The translations under genes and the position numbers were made by a program. Under the pieces are notes generated by a model. It searched no databases. It was not told the DNA's origin and saw only the letters and a program-made list of their open reading frames with translations. DNA of 63,852 nt, filler included, from Octopus bimaculoides (Eukaryota): the NCBI RefSeq assembly GCF_001194135.2. It is 7 parts of 6 records of this genome, joined end to end, with 100 filler letters (N's around TTAATTAATTAA, not from the genome) between each part and the next. Parts side by side here need not be neighbours in the genome. Positions count along the whole stretch, not along the records: positions 1 to 31,349 come from NC_068989.1; positions 31,450 to 41,115 come from NC_068987.1; 5 more parts are not named here. One strand, given 5' to 3'. Positions 27,296 to 41,115 of the stretch are shown here, in pieces (the first letter of the stretch is position 1; each line of letters begins with the position of its first letter).

Positions 27296-27610
27296 GTGAT
27301 GGTAATGATGATGATGATGATGATGGTGATGGTGATGACAACGTTGATGATGGTGACGACGACGACGGCATTGATAATACTGATGACGACGACGACGATA
27401 ATGATGATAACGTTGATGATGATGGTGATGATGATGGTGATAATGATCACTACGACGACGACGACAATGATGAAGACCGCGTGGACAATGACGACGATGA
27501 CGATGACGACGGCATTGATGTTTCTCATGAGGTTCGACGATAACGATGACAACAATAATGATGCAAATGATGATGATGATGATCACAACCACCACCACCA
27601 CCACCACCAC

Positions 27611-27683
<73 letters not shown>

Positions 27684-27720
27684 GTCATCATCATCATCGT
27701 CATCATCGCCGTCATCATAA
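27107..27720. repeat. Compound (GAT/GAC/GGT)n tract followed by (CAC)n(CAT)n
   Basis: Read directly; source of the spurious poly-M/D/H/I ORFs. Confidence 0.95.
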
Positions 27721-28130
27721 TAAGGTAAACGACGACAATTTTCAAAATTCCTCTCCAACATCTCTTCCTTTACCCGTTTGCCTATTGACGCAAATATTTG
27801 ATAAAAAGTAACGAGAATCAGACAAAATACGTACGTGAACATGTTGGAAAATTGGAAGTCGTCATTTAGTTTCTTTCTTTTTCTTTTTCTCATTTCTCAA
27901 CACCATCATCCAATACCTTCACCGCTCCCGTCTTTCCTTTCAATGCCAAACAACCATCGACAGGAAATAGAGCGTCATGGCGTATTTCTCAGTATCCTGA
28001 AACAGAAGGAAGTTCGTTACTATTTTTAGATCCTATGCACCTAAGAATCCTATGGAATTTAATTTCGGATAGTTAGTAAATTACTTGAAATATGTTAAAA
28101 TGTCGGTGGCGTATTGATGATATTAACAAC

Positions 28131-28188
<58 letters not shown>

Positions 28189-28238
28189 NNNNNNNNNNNN
28201 NNNNNNNNNNNNNNNNNNNNNNNNNNNNNNNNNNNNNN

Positions 28239-28299
<61 letters not shown>

Positions 28300-28353
28300 A
28301 TATCTGTCTATCTATAAAAAAATTAAAGCAAGTTTTGTGTCTGATAAAAAGAA

Positions 28354-28411
<58 letters not shown>

Positions 28412-28779
28412 CGTCATCGTCGTCGTTGTAATGCTTACTATTCTTTTCGACTGTGTGTGCTCACTTTCCCAGAGCTTGAATATGTACTAGTTAACTGCTA
28501 TTATGTAATATTTAATTTAAATAAAAAGCACACACCATATATATATATATATAATGGATACACGTATATATACATACATACATACATATATACATACATA
28601 CATATATACATACATACATATATACAATCTTTTCATTACGAAATTTTTCGTTATTTTTTCATTATGAGGTTTTTTCACGCTGACTACTTGATAAATTCTT
28701 ATAAAGAATTTATCCTATATTATATTATACATACATATATATGTATATGTGTGTGTACATCCACACACACATATATATA

Positions 28780-30005
28780 CGAGGGGTGTTCATTAAAGAT
28801 TACCAGTTATTGCAGGAAACGGAACTTGAACAGGTAGAAGCATACATGTCTCTACATGTCACATTGTAAATTGCAGCTTTCCACTAGTATCCATTTGTCT
28901 TTTACGGCTGCTGAAGTGGACTAAAATGTTACAATGGAGACAGTCGAATGCAGATCAGTGATCAGGTTCTTATACTTGAAAGGTCCTACACCAAAGAGAC
29001 TTTCGATGAGATGAAAGAAGTTTATGTTGGCGATGCACCATCATAGGACATAGTCAAGCACTGGCATCACCAGTTCAAACGTGGTCGGGTATCGGTGAAA
29101 ACTGCTCCTATTCCTGGACGACCACATTCCGCCATTGATGACAACAGCGTTCGTAAAGTGGAAGCCGCTATTTTGGAGAATCACCGCATAACTATTCGGC
29201 AACTAGTCCAAGAAGTGAAGATAAGTGTAGGATCTGTAGAAAATATCATTCACAACCATTTGCACATGCGAAAGTTGTTTGCACGATGCATTCCCCGGAT
29301 GCTCACACCTTTTCAGAAGCAGGAACGAGTCAATTGCTCGTAAGATCTTTTAGTAATGTGCCAAGAAAAAACGAGGACTTTTTCGGCAAACTTATCACAC
29401 AAGATGAAACATGGGTCCGTCACTATGATCCTGAGACTAAAGTCTAGTCGAGGCAATGGAAGCATGATGATTCACCACCTCCAAAGAAGGCTCGTGTCCA
29501 ATCCTCAGCAGACAAGGTGATGCTCACAGTCTTTTGGGATCAGCGCGGAGAAGTGATGACAGATTTTCTGGCAAAGGGCACCACAATTAGCGGGGAATAT
29601 TATGCTTCTCTGCTGCAAAAATTGCTGGACGCTATCAAAGCAGAGAGGCGTGGCATGCTGACCAAAGAAGTCCACCTCCTCCAAGACAACGCCCCCATTC
29701 ACAATACGCATGTTGCCCAGATGAAAGCATACTCTTGCGGCTAGGAAATCCTTACTCTTCCGGCCTCGCACCATTTGACTTCCACCTCCTTCAACCCATG
29801 AACCCTTTTTTAAAGGGCAAGTACGTTTTTGGATGATGATGAACTTATTTGCGGGGTAAAGTCTTGGCTCCAGACGCAACCTACTGACTTCTATAGACAA
29901 GGTCTTCACAACTGCATAACGCGATGTAGAGGATTAATGATTACATTGTTTCGTTTATCGCAGTCCTTCAGTAGGTCAGGGGAAATCTTTAATGAATATC
30001 CCTCG
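28780..30005 (+). mobile_element. Full-length but inactivated mariner transposon
   Basis: TIRs cgaggggtgttcattaaagatt and aatctttaatgaatatccctcg with TA on both sides. Transposase remnants MET.ECRSVIRFLYLKG, TQDETWVRHYDPETK, KVMLTVFWD, LLQDNAPIH, with stops and frameshifts. Confidence 0.93.
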
Positions 30006-30365
30006 TATATATACATAAATTCATANNNNNNNNNNNNNNNNNNNNNNNNNNNNNNNNNNNNNNNNNNNNNNNNNNNNNNNNNNNNNNNNNNNNNNNNNNN
30101 NNNNNNNNNNNNNNNNNNNNNNNNNNNNNNNNNNNNNNNNNNNNNNNNNNNNNNNNNNNNNNNNNNNNNNNNNNNNNNNNNNNNNNNNNNNNNNNNNNNN
30201 NNNNNNNNNNNNNNNNNNNNNNNNNNNNNNNNNNNNNNNNNNNNNNNNNNNNNNNNNNNNNNNNNNNNNNNNNNNNNNNNNNNNNNNNNNNNNNNNNNNN
30301 NNNNNNNNNNNNNNNNNNNNNNNNNNNNNNNNNNNNNNNNNNNNNNNNNNNNNNNNNNNNNNNNN

Positions 30366-30410
<45 letters not shown>

Positions 30411-31310
30411 CAAAGCCATTGCTAGAAGGAATCATTGAAATGAGTCAATGTTGTATGACTCTTGAGCTCGGCGAAAGTTTTACACATTTTATTACATAAT
30501 TCACGGCTGTGTTGACTGGCAGAAGAAACAGGTGTGGCATTATGAACTCTTTTGACTTGCTTTTTCAATCCCCCAACTAAGAAGTACACCTTTCCACCTG
30601 TTGCACATATTCTGTTGTGAACAATAGCCATATCACAATTTACCATGGGTATATATCTTATAGTGTGTTGTTTAAAGCCTGTTTACAGTATTCGACTATC
30701 TGATGTCATCAACACTGTGGAGGTATATCCCACTAGAATTACTTCTGTGTTTCCTTTGTGTCCGTAGGGTTTATAAACATATGAGAGAAAGAAAAGGAAA
30801 TTTACGAGATTCATCACTCATTACGATCGCTTCGACTCGTCGTGCACCGGTATCCTGCGTGTCTAATGCAGTAGAAACAATTGTGGTGTATCATAGGTGC
30901 AGATGTGTATCATAGGATCAGATGTATTATAGGTTTAGATGTGGTGTATCATAGGTGCTTGACAAAAAGTGGCTCGTTTTTTATTCACCGTTTCGCTTAT
31001 TTGTATAACAATCTGTTTTAGTAGTTGGGGTGTGTTGCACGTCTATACAAGGAACAAATACAAAATGCAGAACCCAATCATACAAATAATCAGATAATTT
31101 ATACAGAGAATCGAAAGGAAAAAATAAAATATCGTATAAAAATAAGTACACGAGTCAACCACAATATTGTACACCGATAGTCAGATACCGTAAAATAAAA
31201 CGAAGGCCATATAAAAACATACTATCAATGAAAAAAGCAACCAGTCAGTTATTTCACAAACAAATGATCTAGCATACTCATACATATAAATACGCGCGCT
31301 CGCACACACA

Positions 31311-31349
<39 letters not shown>

Positions 31350-32954
31350 NNNNNNNNNNNNNNNNNNNNNNNNNNNNNNNNNNNNNNNNNNNNTTAATTA
31401 ATTAANNNNNNNNNNNNNNNNNNNNNNNNNNNNNNNNNNNNNNNNNNNNGTGCGTGCGCGCGTGTGTGTATTGTCCCCTACCACCGCTTGACAACCGGTC
31501 TCGTTTTGATTACGCTCCCGTAACCGATAGAGTAAGTACCAGACTTTAAAAAGTAAGTACTGGTATCGATTTACTCAACTAAACTTTTCAAGTCGGTGCT
31601 CCAGCATGGTCGCAGTCTGATGACCGAAACAAGTAAAAGATAAAAGATATTCAACTAAAAGATATTTTTTATTTGATATGTAGCAGCAGAAATACATGCG
31701 CGCACATATACACTAATTCATTTATCTTTAATTTCCACGCGTTGCATACATATAAACAAGGAAATGAATAGAGTATGTGAGAGACAGAAAGATATATTAA
31801 GGAGAAGTGGTGATAAGAGTAAGAGGTTACGCGTAAACAAGACAAAGAGTAAGGAAAAGGGTTAGGTGGAACTCATGTTTATCAACAGTCCATTCCTCAT
31901 TAAGTAATCCTCCTGGCACCATGCTTATTTTCCATTCTGGTGCGGATGCTGGTTATTGAACCAGAAACGTATATCATCGACTGTTCTCTTAGCTTCAGGC
32001 AATAATCTTTTCATTAATAGCATGTCAACTATGGAAAATCCCTGAATCTTGAGATTATCTCCCCTTCTTCTCGAGTGGAGCTGGTCTTTATTGATTCTTA
32101 AAGCGGAGATGATTTTAATAAATCACGAGTTTATGTTGTATGGTGGTATCTGATATACCTATATTTGTCTATGTTGTTAAAATACATGCCACTGCCACTC
32201 TGAGTTATTTCTCTTAGCTCAATTTTGTTTATGTTTATGTGTGTACATGTGTGTGTGTAAGTACAGTTATGTATGTATGTATGCATGTATGTATGGATGA
32301 ATGGATGCGTGTGCGTATGTATGTGTGTGTGTATGTCATTCAGTTTTATTTTAAAATTTCTTGCCAATGGAATTTCAACATCAACAACAGGGTATTTTTG
32401 TTTGTACATATGTATGAATGTACGTATGCATGTGTGTGAGTGCGTGTGTGTGTGTGTGTGTGTGTACATGTATGTATGAATATGCATGTATGCATGTAAG
32501 TATGTATCTATGTATGAATATGTACGTGTGTATGTATACATGTATGTATGTCTGTGTATGAGCATGTATGCATGTCTGTGTGTGTGTGTGCGCGCGCGCG
32601 ATGGGGATGTATGCATACATGCAAATATGTATGTGTGTGTGTCATTATATTGGTGTTTCCCCCACCACCGTTTGACAACCTGTGTTGTTTTGTTTACGTC
32701 CGCGTCAATTCGACATAAGTACCAGACTTTAAAAGAATAAAGAGATAACTCAGCTAGTGTCGATTTATCCGACAAAACGCTTTGAGTGCTCTCCCGGCAT
32801 GGCTGCTGTCCAATGACCGTAACGAGTAAACTATAAAAGTTAATGGGTATCAATCAAATCCATTACAATGCTCAGTCAACGCAGAATGCTGGGTGGGGTG
32901 AATATACGCATTAAACAAGCGTTTCACTTATTTTATCGTGGCACCATCAGATTA

Positions 32955-33030
32955 CCGTAAATCCTCGAGTATAATCCGCACTTTTTTCCCAAAATTGAAA
33001 GGTCAAAATTTATTAAGTAATTTTTTATTG
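32955..33030 (+). mobile_element. Possible pogo/Tigger-type transposon end
   Basis: TA|ccgtaaatcctcgagtataatccgca resembles CCGTA-type TIRs; no partner end found. Confidence 0.35.
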
Positions 33031-33461
33031 AACACAAATTTATTACATTATTTAAAGAAACGAATAAGGAACTGAAAGAAAGCACAGGAGTTTAAAGAAA
33101 TGAAAAAGAAACTCAATTAGAAACTAGAAATTTCAAATACAAAACGGCGTTACTTCTGCACTGTGTACACACACACACACACATTTTTTATCTTTTATCT
33201 TTAACTTGTTTCAGTCATTTGACTGCAGCCATGCTCGGGCACTGCTTTGAAGGGTTTTAATCGAATAAATCGAACCTAGGCTTTATTTTTTCAAGCCTAG
33301 TACTTATTCTATCGGTCTCTTTGCCCAACCGCCAATTTACCGGGACGTTAACACACCAGCATCAGTTGTCAAGCGGTGGTAGGTGACAAGCACAGATACA
33401 GAGACAAAGATACATAGATACATAGATATATACATATATACATAAATACATACGCACGCGC

Positions 33462-33965
33462 ACTAGCAATGGCATCCCGGCGTTGCCCGGCTGTTATGAC
33501 ATACAGTCATATTGCACTATTTGTTGCCTTCTTATGGGCAGAATCAGCACAGTAGATATATAGTGAACTGAAATATTGGCGTAATAGCGTATTGGCGTAA
33601 CGTTTGCTTAAAAGTGAAGAGGAGAGGGTACAATTTGCATGGATTTGCATGAAAGTGCTTTCTGTTCTTAAGAAGGATTACAAACTATGAATTGTTTCAT
33701 CGTATAAAAGGTGGTTAATACGATTTGCTCAGAAAGCACGTTTTCAAAATTTTAGTTTCCCCCTGTCTTAATTTGTAACTTTTACGATTTTTTTTTTTTT
33801 TATGTAGAAAAATATTGAGATTACGAATCTGGGAAATATTTTTTTTAAAGTTTACTTTTTTTTAAAGAAATACTCAATGCCCCTTCCCCCACCTAGCATA
33901 CCCATCACCTCCTCGCTTTCAAAAAGCTAAAAACACCCAATGTTTCACTTTCGTCAGATGTTTCN
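33462..33965 (+). mobile_element. Possible non-autonomous Helitron-like element (one end, running into a gap)
   Basis: actagcaatggcatcccggcgttgcccgg resembles the ACTAGC..CCCG..hairpin ends of invertebrate non-autonomous Helitrons. A weaker similar motif is at ~7021-7043. Confidence 0.35.
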
Positions 33966-35340
33966 NNNNNNNNNNNNNNNNNNNNNNNNNNNNNNNNNNN
34001 NNNNNNNNNNNNNNNNNNNNNNNNNNNNNNNNNNNNNNNNNNNNNNNNNNNNNNNNNNNNNNNNNNNNNNNNNNNNNNNNNNNNNNNNNNNNNNNNNNNN
34101 NNNNNNNNNNNNNNNNNNNNNNNNNNNNNNNNNNNNNNNNNNNNNNNNNNNNNNNNNNNNNNNNNNNNNNNNNNNNNNNNNNNNNNNNNNNNNNNNNNNN
34201 NNNNNNNNNNNNNNNNNNNNNNNNNNNNNNNNNNNNNNNNNNNNNNNNNNNNNNNNNNNNNNNNNNNNNNNNNNNNNNNNNNNNNNNNNNNNNNNNNNNN
34301 NNNNNNNNNNNNNNNNNNNNNNNNNNNNNNNNNNNNNNNNNNNNNNNNNNNNNNNNNNNNNNNNNNNNNNNNNNNNNNNNNNNNNNNNNNNNNNNNNNNN
34401 NNNNNNNNNNNNNNNNNNNNNNNNNNNNNNNNNNNNNNNNNNNNNNNNNNNNNNNNNNNNNNNNNNNNNNNNNNNNNNNNNNNNNNNNNNNNNNNNNNNN
34501 NNNNNNNNNNNNNNNNNNNNNNNNNNNNNNNNNNNNNNNNNNNNNNNNNNNNNNNNNNNNNNNNNNNNNNNNNNNNNNNNNNNNNNNNNNNNNNNNNNNN
34601 NNNNNNNNNNNNNNNNNNNNNNNNNNNNNNNNNNNNNNNNNNNNNNNNNNNNNNNNNNNNNNNNNNNNNNNNNNNNNNNNNNNNNNNNNNNNNNNNNNNN
34701 NNNNNNNNNNNNNNNNNNNNNNNNNNNNNNNNNNNNNNNNNNNNNNNNNNNNNNNNNNNNNNNAATTATTTTATGGCATTCTTTCGTTTGAAGCAGGAAA
34801 GTTGTCAACTCGATCATAAGGTTGTTTATATGGGATCATACGATCATTCGTTAATTTCCGTAATTTTTTTTTTTCTTTATGCTTTGAAGAGAGCAGAAAC
34901 TGAAAGAGAGGAGAAAGTGAAAAAGCGACATTTGCTTTGAAATAAAAAATATAAGCTAAAATATGAGTATCAAGTTTTCGTTAGGCCGGGGCTATATTAG
35001 AAGGCGTTTGCCCAAGGTGTTGCGCAGTGGAATTGAACCCAAGGTCACATGGTTGGGTAGCATGCTTCTTAACCATGCAACCACACCTAAAGAACTTCGA
35101 AATAAACTGTGTCAAAGAGAAACATTCTCCTAGTTGAACTTCTTTGCCGGGTACTATGGTGCATTGTTTTATTTCATTTTCCAAAGAACTCTGCTAACTT
35201 CAGTGGGATTGTTTTCTGGATCATAAAACGAAACATTGTTACTTTGCTTTTGATATGATATTAAGTGAAACAAAAGTTGTTTTAGAAAAAGAATTTAGAC
35301 AGAGAGACGGACGGACGGATGGACGGACGGACGGACGGAC

Positions 35341-35375
<35 letters not shown>

Positions 35376-35391
35376 AAAAACAGAAAAATAA

Positions 35392-35480
<89 letters not shown>

Positions 35481-36730
35481 CGAGGGGGTACCCAAAAGTA
35501 ACCGGAAACATTCTCTGTGGAACAAGCTCGTTGTAGTTCGGGTTTCCGCCGCTAGAAGCCACTTTATGCACCCCTCAGGCATCAGTCTGCCAACCGGCGT
35601 CGTCGAGTGAAGTCGTACTGCTATGTGGTGTGTCTTCGTTTTGCAGTGCTTCTCCCTTGTTCGTCGATTTTTGCGATGGTTGAAACGAAAGAACAGCGTG
35701 CTTCCGTGAAATTTTGTTTGCTGTTGGGGAAAACGGCGGCCAATACAGTTCTCATACTTCAAACAGCTTACAAGGACGCTGTCATGAACAAATCACAAGT
35801 TCACGAGTGGTTTTCACGCTTTAGAAATGATCACTTCTCTCTTGAAGACCAGCCTTGTTCAGGGTGACCGTCGACCTCCTGAACAAAGGAAAACATCACG
35901 AAAATTCCTGAAGTGATCTTAGAGGACCGTCGCCGAACAATTAACGAACTTGTCGATATGACTGGTGTCATTAATGAACTTGTTGATATAACTCCTGCCA
36001 ACGAATTTTGAGTGAGGAACTGCGAATGAGAAGAGTTGCAGCAAAATTTGTGTCTCGCTTGCTCACGAAAGATCAAAAGCAGTCGCGACTGAACGTGTGT
36101 CGTGAGCTAAAAGAACACTTGGGAGTTGATCAGAACCTTTTCCGAAATTCATAATTGATGATGAAAGCTGGTGCTACGGCTACGACCCGGAAACGAATCA
36201 GAAATCAAGTCAATGGAAGCATTCAATGTCACCACGCCCCAAAAAAGCGCGCCAAGTGAAGTCCAATGTCAAGACGATGCTGATTTGTTTCATCGATGCG
36301 AAAGGAATTGTCCACACAGAATTTGTGCCTCCTGGTCAAACTTCTAACCAGACATTTTACTNNNNNNNNNNNNNNNNNNNNNNNNNNNNNNNNNNNNNNN
36401 NNNNNNNNNNNNNNNNNNNNNNNNNNNNNNNNNNNNNNNNNNNNNNNNNNNNNNNNNNNNNNNNNNNNNNNNNNNNNNNNNNNNNNNNNNNNNNNNNNNN
36501 NNNNNNNNNNNNNNNNNNNNNNNNNNNNNNNNNNNNNNNNNNNNNNNNNNNNNNNNNNNNNNNNNNNNNNNNNNNNNNNNNNNNNNNNNNNNNNNNNNNN
36601 NNNNNNNNNNNNNNNNNNNNNNNNNNNNNATGTGGAAGAGGTGAAGAAAAAAACGACGGAGGTTTTAAAAAGTATCACTTCCCATGATTTCTAGGACTGC
36701 TTCGAACAGTGGAAAACGCGTCTGGACCGA
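35481..36730 (+). mobile_element. Second, distinct decayed mariner, truncated at the 3' end
   Basis: Left TIR cgagggggtacccaaaagtaaccggaa inside (GATA)n. Transposase MVETKEQRASVKFCLLLGKTA..SQVHEWFSRF, DESWCYGYDPET, PRPKKARQVKSNVKTMLICFID. Gap at 36362-36629. Confidence 0.88.
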
Positions 36731-36854
36731 TGCATATATATAAACGATGGGCTTCTTTCAGTTTCCGTCTACCAAATCCATTCACAAGGTTTTGGTTGAC
36801 CCCAGGCTAAAGTAGAAGATACATGCCGAAGGTGCCACGCAGTAAGACTGAACC

Positions 36855-37172
36855 CTTCCGTCAGTAATTACCATAGTATTGCACCTGGAAAGTTACATTC
36901 TGGAGCACCAGTCCGGGCAAGGTTGTTTATGGAAGACCAGCAGTTACCCATGCATATCAGCCTCCCCTCTCCACGCCACCGATGTTATCCAAGGGAAAGG
37001 CGAACGCTGATATAGCTTGGCACCAGTGACGTCGCAACTCATTTCTACGGCTGAGTGAACTGGAGAAGCGTGAAATAAAGTATCTTGCTCAAGAACACAA
37101 CACACGGTCCGGTCCGGGAATCGAACTCACTACCTCATGACTGTGAGCCCGACGCTCTAGCCGCTGAGCCAT
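36855..37172 (-). mobile_element. tRNA-derived SINE (family D)
   Basis: Minus-strand head gtgaaggcgaatggctcagcggctagagcgtcggg..gagttcgattcccgg with A and B boxes, followed by gtgttcttgagcaaga. Confidence 0.75.
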
Positions 37173-37594
37173 TCGCCTTCACATATATGTGAAGCCATGC
37201 GCCTTCACATGTGTGTGTGTGTTTTTGTGTGTGTACGCGCGTGTGCGTGCGTGTGCGTGTCTTTGTGTTTGTCTACCACCAACACTTTACAACTAAAGCT
37301 GGTTTGTTTAGCGTCCCCGTAAGACCGACAGGATTGAAACAAGTAAAAGAATACAAGAAACTAATACTGGTATTTTATATACCTGATCGCCTTTTGAATT
37401 GAAATCGTTGTTGAGAAAAATTTCTGAAATATTAAGAAATAGGCATAGGCGTGGTTGTGTGGTAAGAAGCTTGCCTCCCCAACGACATGGTTCCGAGTTC
37501 AATCCCACTGCGTTGCGCGTTAGGCAAGTGTCTTCTACTATAACCTCAGGCCGACGTAAGCCTTGTGAGTAGATTTGGTAGACGGAAACTGAAA

Positions 37595-39917
37595 CGTGAG
37601 TGGTTTGTGATCCATGAATACTGTAAACGTGCGGCCTTCAAGGAAATAGCGAAAGTTGCGGACACCTAGATGGACAGCCAGTAGTTCCCTGTCAAAAGCA
37701 CTGTATTTCTGTTCATGGGGTCGTAGTTGTCGGCTGAAGAAGGCTGTGTCGGATGCGTCAACTGTGAATGCAGTCCAAGCTGACATATGAGGATGGGACA
37801 GCATGGTTACTCGAGCCAGGGCTTGCTTTGTGGATTCGAAGGCTGAAGTCATCGTACTATTCCATTCCACCTGCCTTTTTGAACTCTCTTTTTGTATAGG
37901 GGTCTCATCACTTTTGCTGCAGAAGGGATGAAGCGATGGTAAATATTTACCATGCCCACGAATTGATGTAGAGCCTTGCTTGTGGTGGGGCATGGAAAGG
38001 ATAGGATACCTTTTTCCTTTTTCTGGCAGGAGTGTAGCGCCGGCATTTGTGTTTCGATGTCTCAAGAAGTCGATTTCTGTTGCACCAAAAACGCACTTGG
38101 CGGGCTTGATTACTAAACCATACTGTTCCAGCCGATCAAAGAGCGTCATTAGATGCTTTTTATGTAGCTCTGTAAGGATATCATCTAAGTAAGCAAAGAC
38201 AAAATCGATTCCTCTGCACACAGTGTCCATCAGGCGTTGGAAGGATTGTGCTGCGTTTTTCAGCCCAATGGTGTACGTAGGAATTCGTACAGACCGAAAG
38301 GAGTGATCACAGCGGTTTTCGGGACATCGTCGTCTTGTACTCGTATTTGGCGATATCCCCGGATGAGGTTAACTTTGGAGAAAATCGAGCACCCGGCTAG
38401 CTGGGCTGAAAAATCCTGTATAGGTGGAATGGGGTAGCGGTCAGGTGTCGTATCCGCGTTGAGATGGCGGTAATCTCCGCAGGGTCGATAACCTCCGTTG
38501 GATTTGGGGGCCACATGCAGGGGTGATGACCAGGGACTGCTTGATCGGCGAACTATGCCCAACGCCTCCATATTGTCGAACTCGGCCTTTGCAATTGCAA
38601 ATTTGTCTGATGATAGACGACATGCGCGGCTGTGCACTGGGGGGGGGGGTGGAGATGTGATGTGTCACCACGTGGTGGGCTGTAGGTTTGGAGAATGTCG
38701 GAGTAGTGAGATGGGGACGAATTAGAAGAAGATTCAAGAATTCGTTCTTGGTCTGCGAGATGATTGCTATGCGGAGGACGCCATGTGCAGTTGTTGAAAG
38801 AGTCACGGAAGCGTATGTGTTGTTGTCGAGGAGTCGTCTTCCCCGCAAATCAACCAGCAGCAAGTGTGCTCGAAGAAAGTCTGCACCGATTATGCGCTGA
38901 TGGACATCGGCGATGGTGAATGCCCATGTGTATTTTCGTGAACCGGTGTTGAGAGAAAGGGTGCGACGACTGTATGCCTCGATTGTGGACCCGTTCGTAG
39001 CTGTTAAAGGTTGGCTCTGCTTTCCGTGACGGAGGTCCCTTGCCGACGCCGGGATCACGCTGACTTCTGCTCCTGTATCGACTAGGAACCTGCGTCCGGA
39101 GCTGCGATCGCGGACATAGAGGAACATTTGGTTGTGTCTGGATTTCCCTGGGTCACTGGTAAAAAGGTCCCGAAGCTACATGCTTGTTTGCACTTTGTCG
39201 CCTTTTCACCGAACTTTGCGTGGTAGAAGTACAGGTCATCATGTTTAACCCTACCCTGTCTCAGGGCCGACCTTATGGCGTTGACCATGACACCACTGGA
39301 TAAAAAATGTTTGTCAGCTGTCTTTGCTAATTGCCGCAGGTCCTTGATTTCGGTCTGTGTTATGAGGCCCTGGACCTGGAGTGGCAGCTTGCGGAGGAAA
39401 GTGACTCACCTGCGGGAAGGGGGGGACTAATGCCAACATCCTGTTCATCAGTTCCGAAGGCTTGGAATCGCCTAATTCCTCCTCCAATATCTTGGCTGCT
39501 GCTTCTCTTTCATTGCATCGGAATGTATCCACTAGCCTATCTTTCAATATAGCGTATTTTTTCGTTGGTGGGGGTTAAAATGTCCAGCACTCTCGTTGCT
39601 ATATCTTCTTCTAGTGCCGCCACAACGTGAGAGTACTTCGTTACCTTGTTTATATCGAATTGAGGTACCGCCTGCGCGAACCACAGTTCATCCCTCTTAG
39701 GCCAGAACTGTGGTAGCATCAGTGTTTGTTTCGATAGCAAGAGCTGTTCTTCTATCGTCGGAGTCACCAGTTAGAGCTTTGTTAAGCTATATGCAAACAA
39801 ACTAATGGAGACGAGAATACATTTTTCAAAGATTTATTACTTTACGTACATCAGGGCTTAAGTCGCCAGTTATTTCTGTTTAGCTCATTCAGATTCGTTA
39901 TACACTCACTGTTGACA
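37595..39917 (-). mobile_element. Ty3/Gypsy LTR retrotransposon remnant, CsRn1-like: 5' LTR, PBS, gag, PR, RT, RNase H; integrase and 3' LTR missing
   Basis: gag LPQFWPK..WFAQ and YHAKFGEKATKCKQAC; protease FLVDTGAEVSVIP; RT PWSSPLHVAPK, RPCGDYR, KTAVITPFGLYEF, FAYLDDIL; RNase H VDASD, YSAFDRELLA, DHKPLT. PBS TGGTGACTCCGACG near 39758-39771. Many frameshifts. LTR outer boundary approximate. Confidence 0.92.
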
Positions 39918-39985
39918 TTCTTTTGATTACCTTCTCCTCCAGAAGTCCCTTTTTTTTTTTTTTTTTGCTACTGACCAACTTCCGA

Positions 39986-40352
39986 ATCTTTTCCTTTTGG
40001 CCGGCACATAGAAAAAAATATTTTTTGTAACTAAACTTTCAAATTTCGTATACTGGTAGAATGTGTCATTTAAAACATCATTTACTCTTGGCGTTTTTAA
40101 GAAAATTCTTTATTTTCGAAGTTATTTCGTGTTAAAGTTGTCGGATTTCGGTAATTTCAACCAATCAATGACGTCTATTGGGGTGAAAACAATTACTTCT
40201 GTGGTTTGTCAACAAGATGTTGACAAAGAATTTTCTTAAAAACGCCAAGAGTAAATGATGTTTTAAATGACACATTCTACCAGTATACGAAATTTGAAAG
40301 TGTTTAGTTACAAAAAATTATTTTTTCTATGTGCCGGCCAAAAGGAAAAGAT
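39986..40352. repeat. Long inverted repeat (arms 39986-40111 and 40225-40352)
   Basis: Arms nearly identical apart from two small indels; the right arm abuts an N gap. Confidence 0.9.
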
Positions 40353-40881
40353 CCCCANNNNNNNNNNNNNNNNNNNNNNNNNNNNNNNNNNNNNNNNNNN
40401 NNNNNNNNNNNNNNNNNNNNNNNNNNNNNNNNNNNNNNNNNNNNNNNNNNNNNNNNNNNNNNNNNNNNNNNNNNNNNNNNNNNNNNNNNNNNNNNNNNNN
40501 NNNNNNNNNNNNNNNNNNNNNNNNNNNNNNNNNNNNNNNNNNNNNNNNNNNNNNNNNNNNNNNNNNNNNNNNNNNNNNNNNNNNNNNNNNNNNNNNNNNN
40601 NNNNNNNNNNNNNNNNNNNNNNNNNNNNNNNNNNNNNNNNNNNNNNNNNNNNNNNNNNNNNNNNNNNNNNNNNNNNNNNNNNNNNNNNNNNNNNNNNNNN
40701 NNNNNNNNNNNNNNNNNNNNNNNNNNNNNNNNNNNNNNNNNNNNNNNNNNNNNNNNNNNNNNNNNNNNNNNNNNNNNNNNNNNNNNNNNNNNNNNNNNNN
40801 NNNNNNNNNNNNNNNNNNNNNNNNNNNNNNNNNNNNNNNNNNNNNNNNNNNNCGATAGATGGATAGATAGATAGATAGATG

Positions 40882-40932
<51 letters not shown>

Positions 40933-41078
40933 GTAGCTGTGTGGTAAGAAGCTTGCTTCCCAACCACATGGTTCCGGGTTCAGGCCTACTGCGTGGAACC
41001 GTTGAATATGTGTCTTCTACTATAGCCTCGGGCTGACCAAAGCCTTGTGAGTAGACGGAAACTGAAAGAAGCCCGTCA

Positions 41079-41115
<37 letters not shown>

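Noticed and set aside
26885-27893. His-, Asp- and Met-rich ORFs suggesting a metal-binding protein (also 46717-47275)
   Set aside because: These are trinucleotide microsatellites open in several frames on both strands, with no convincing exon boundaries.
31394-31405. Recurrent TTAATTAATTAA (PacI-like) motif
   Set aside because: It always lies at the centre of a 100-nt N block, so it is an assembly spacer.
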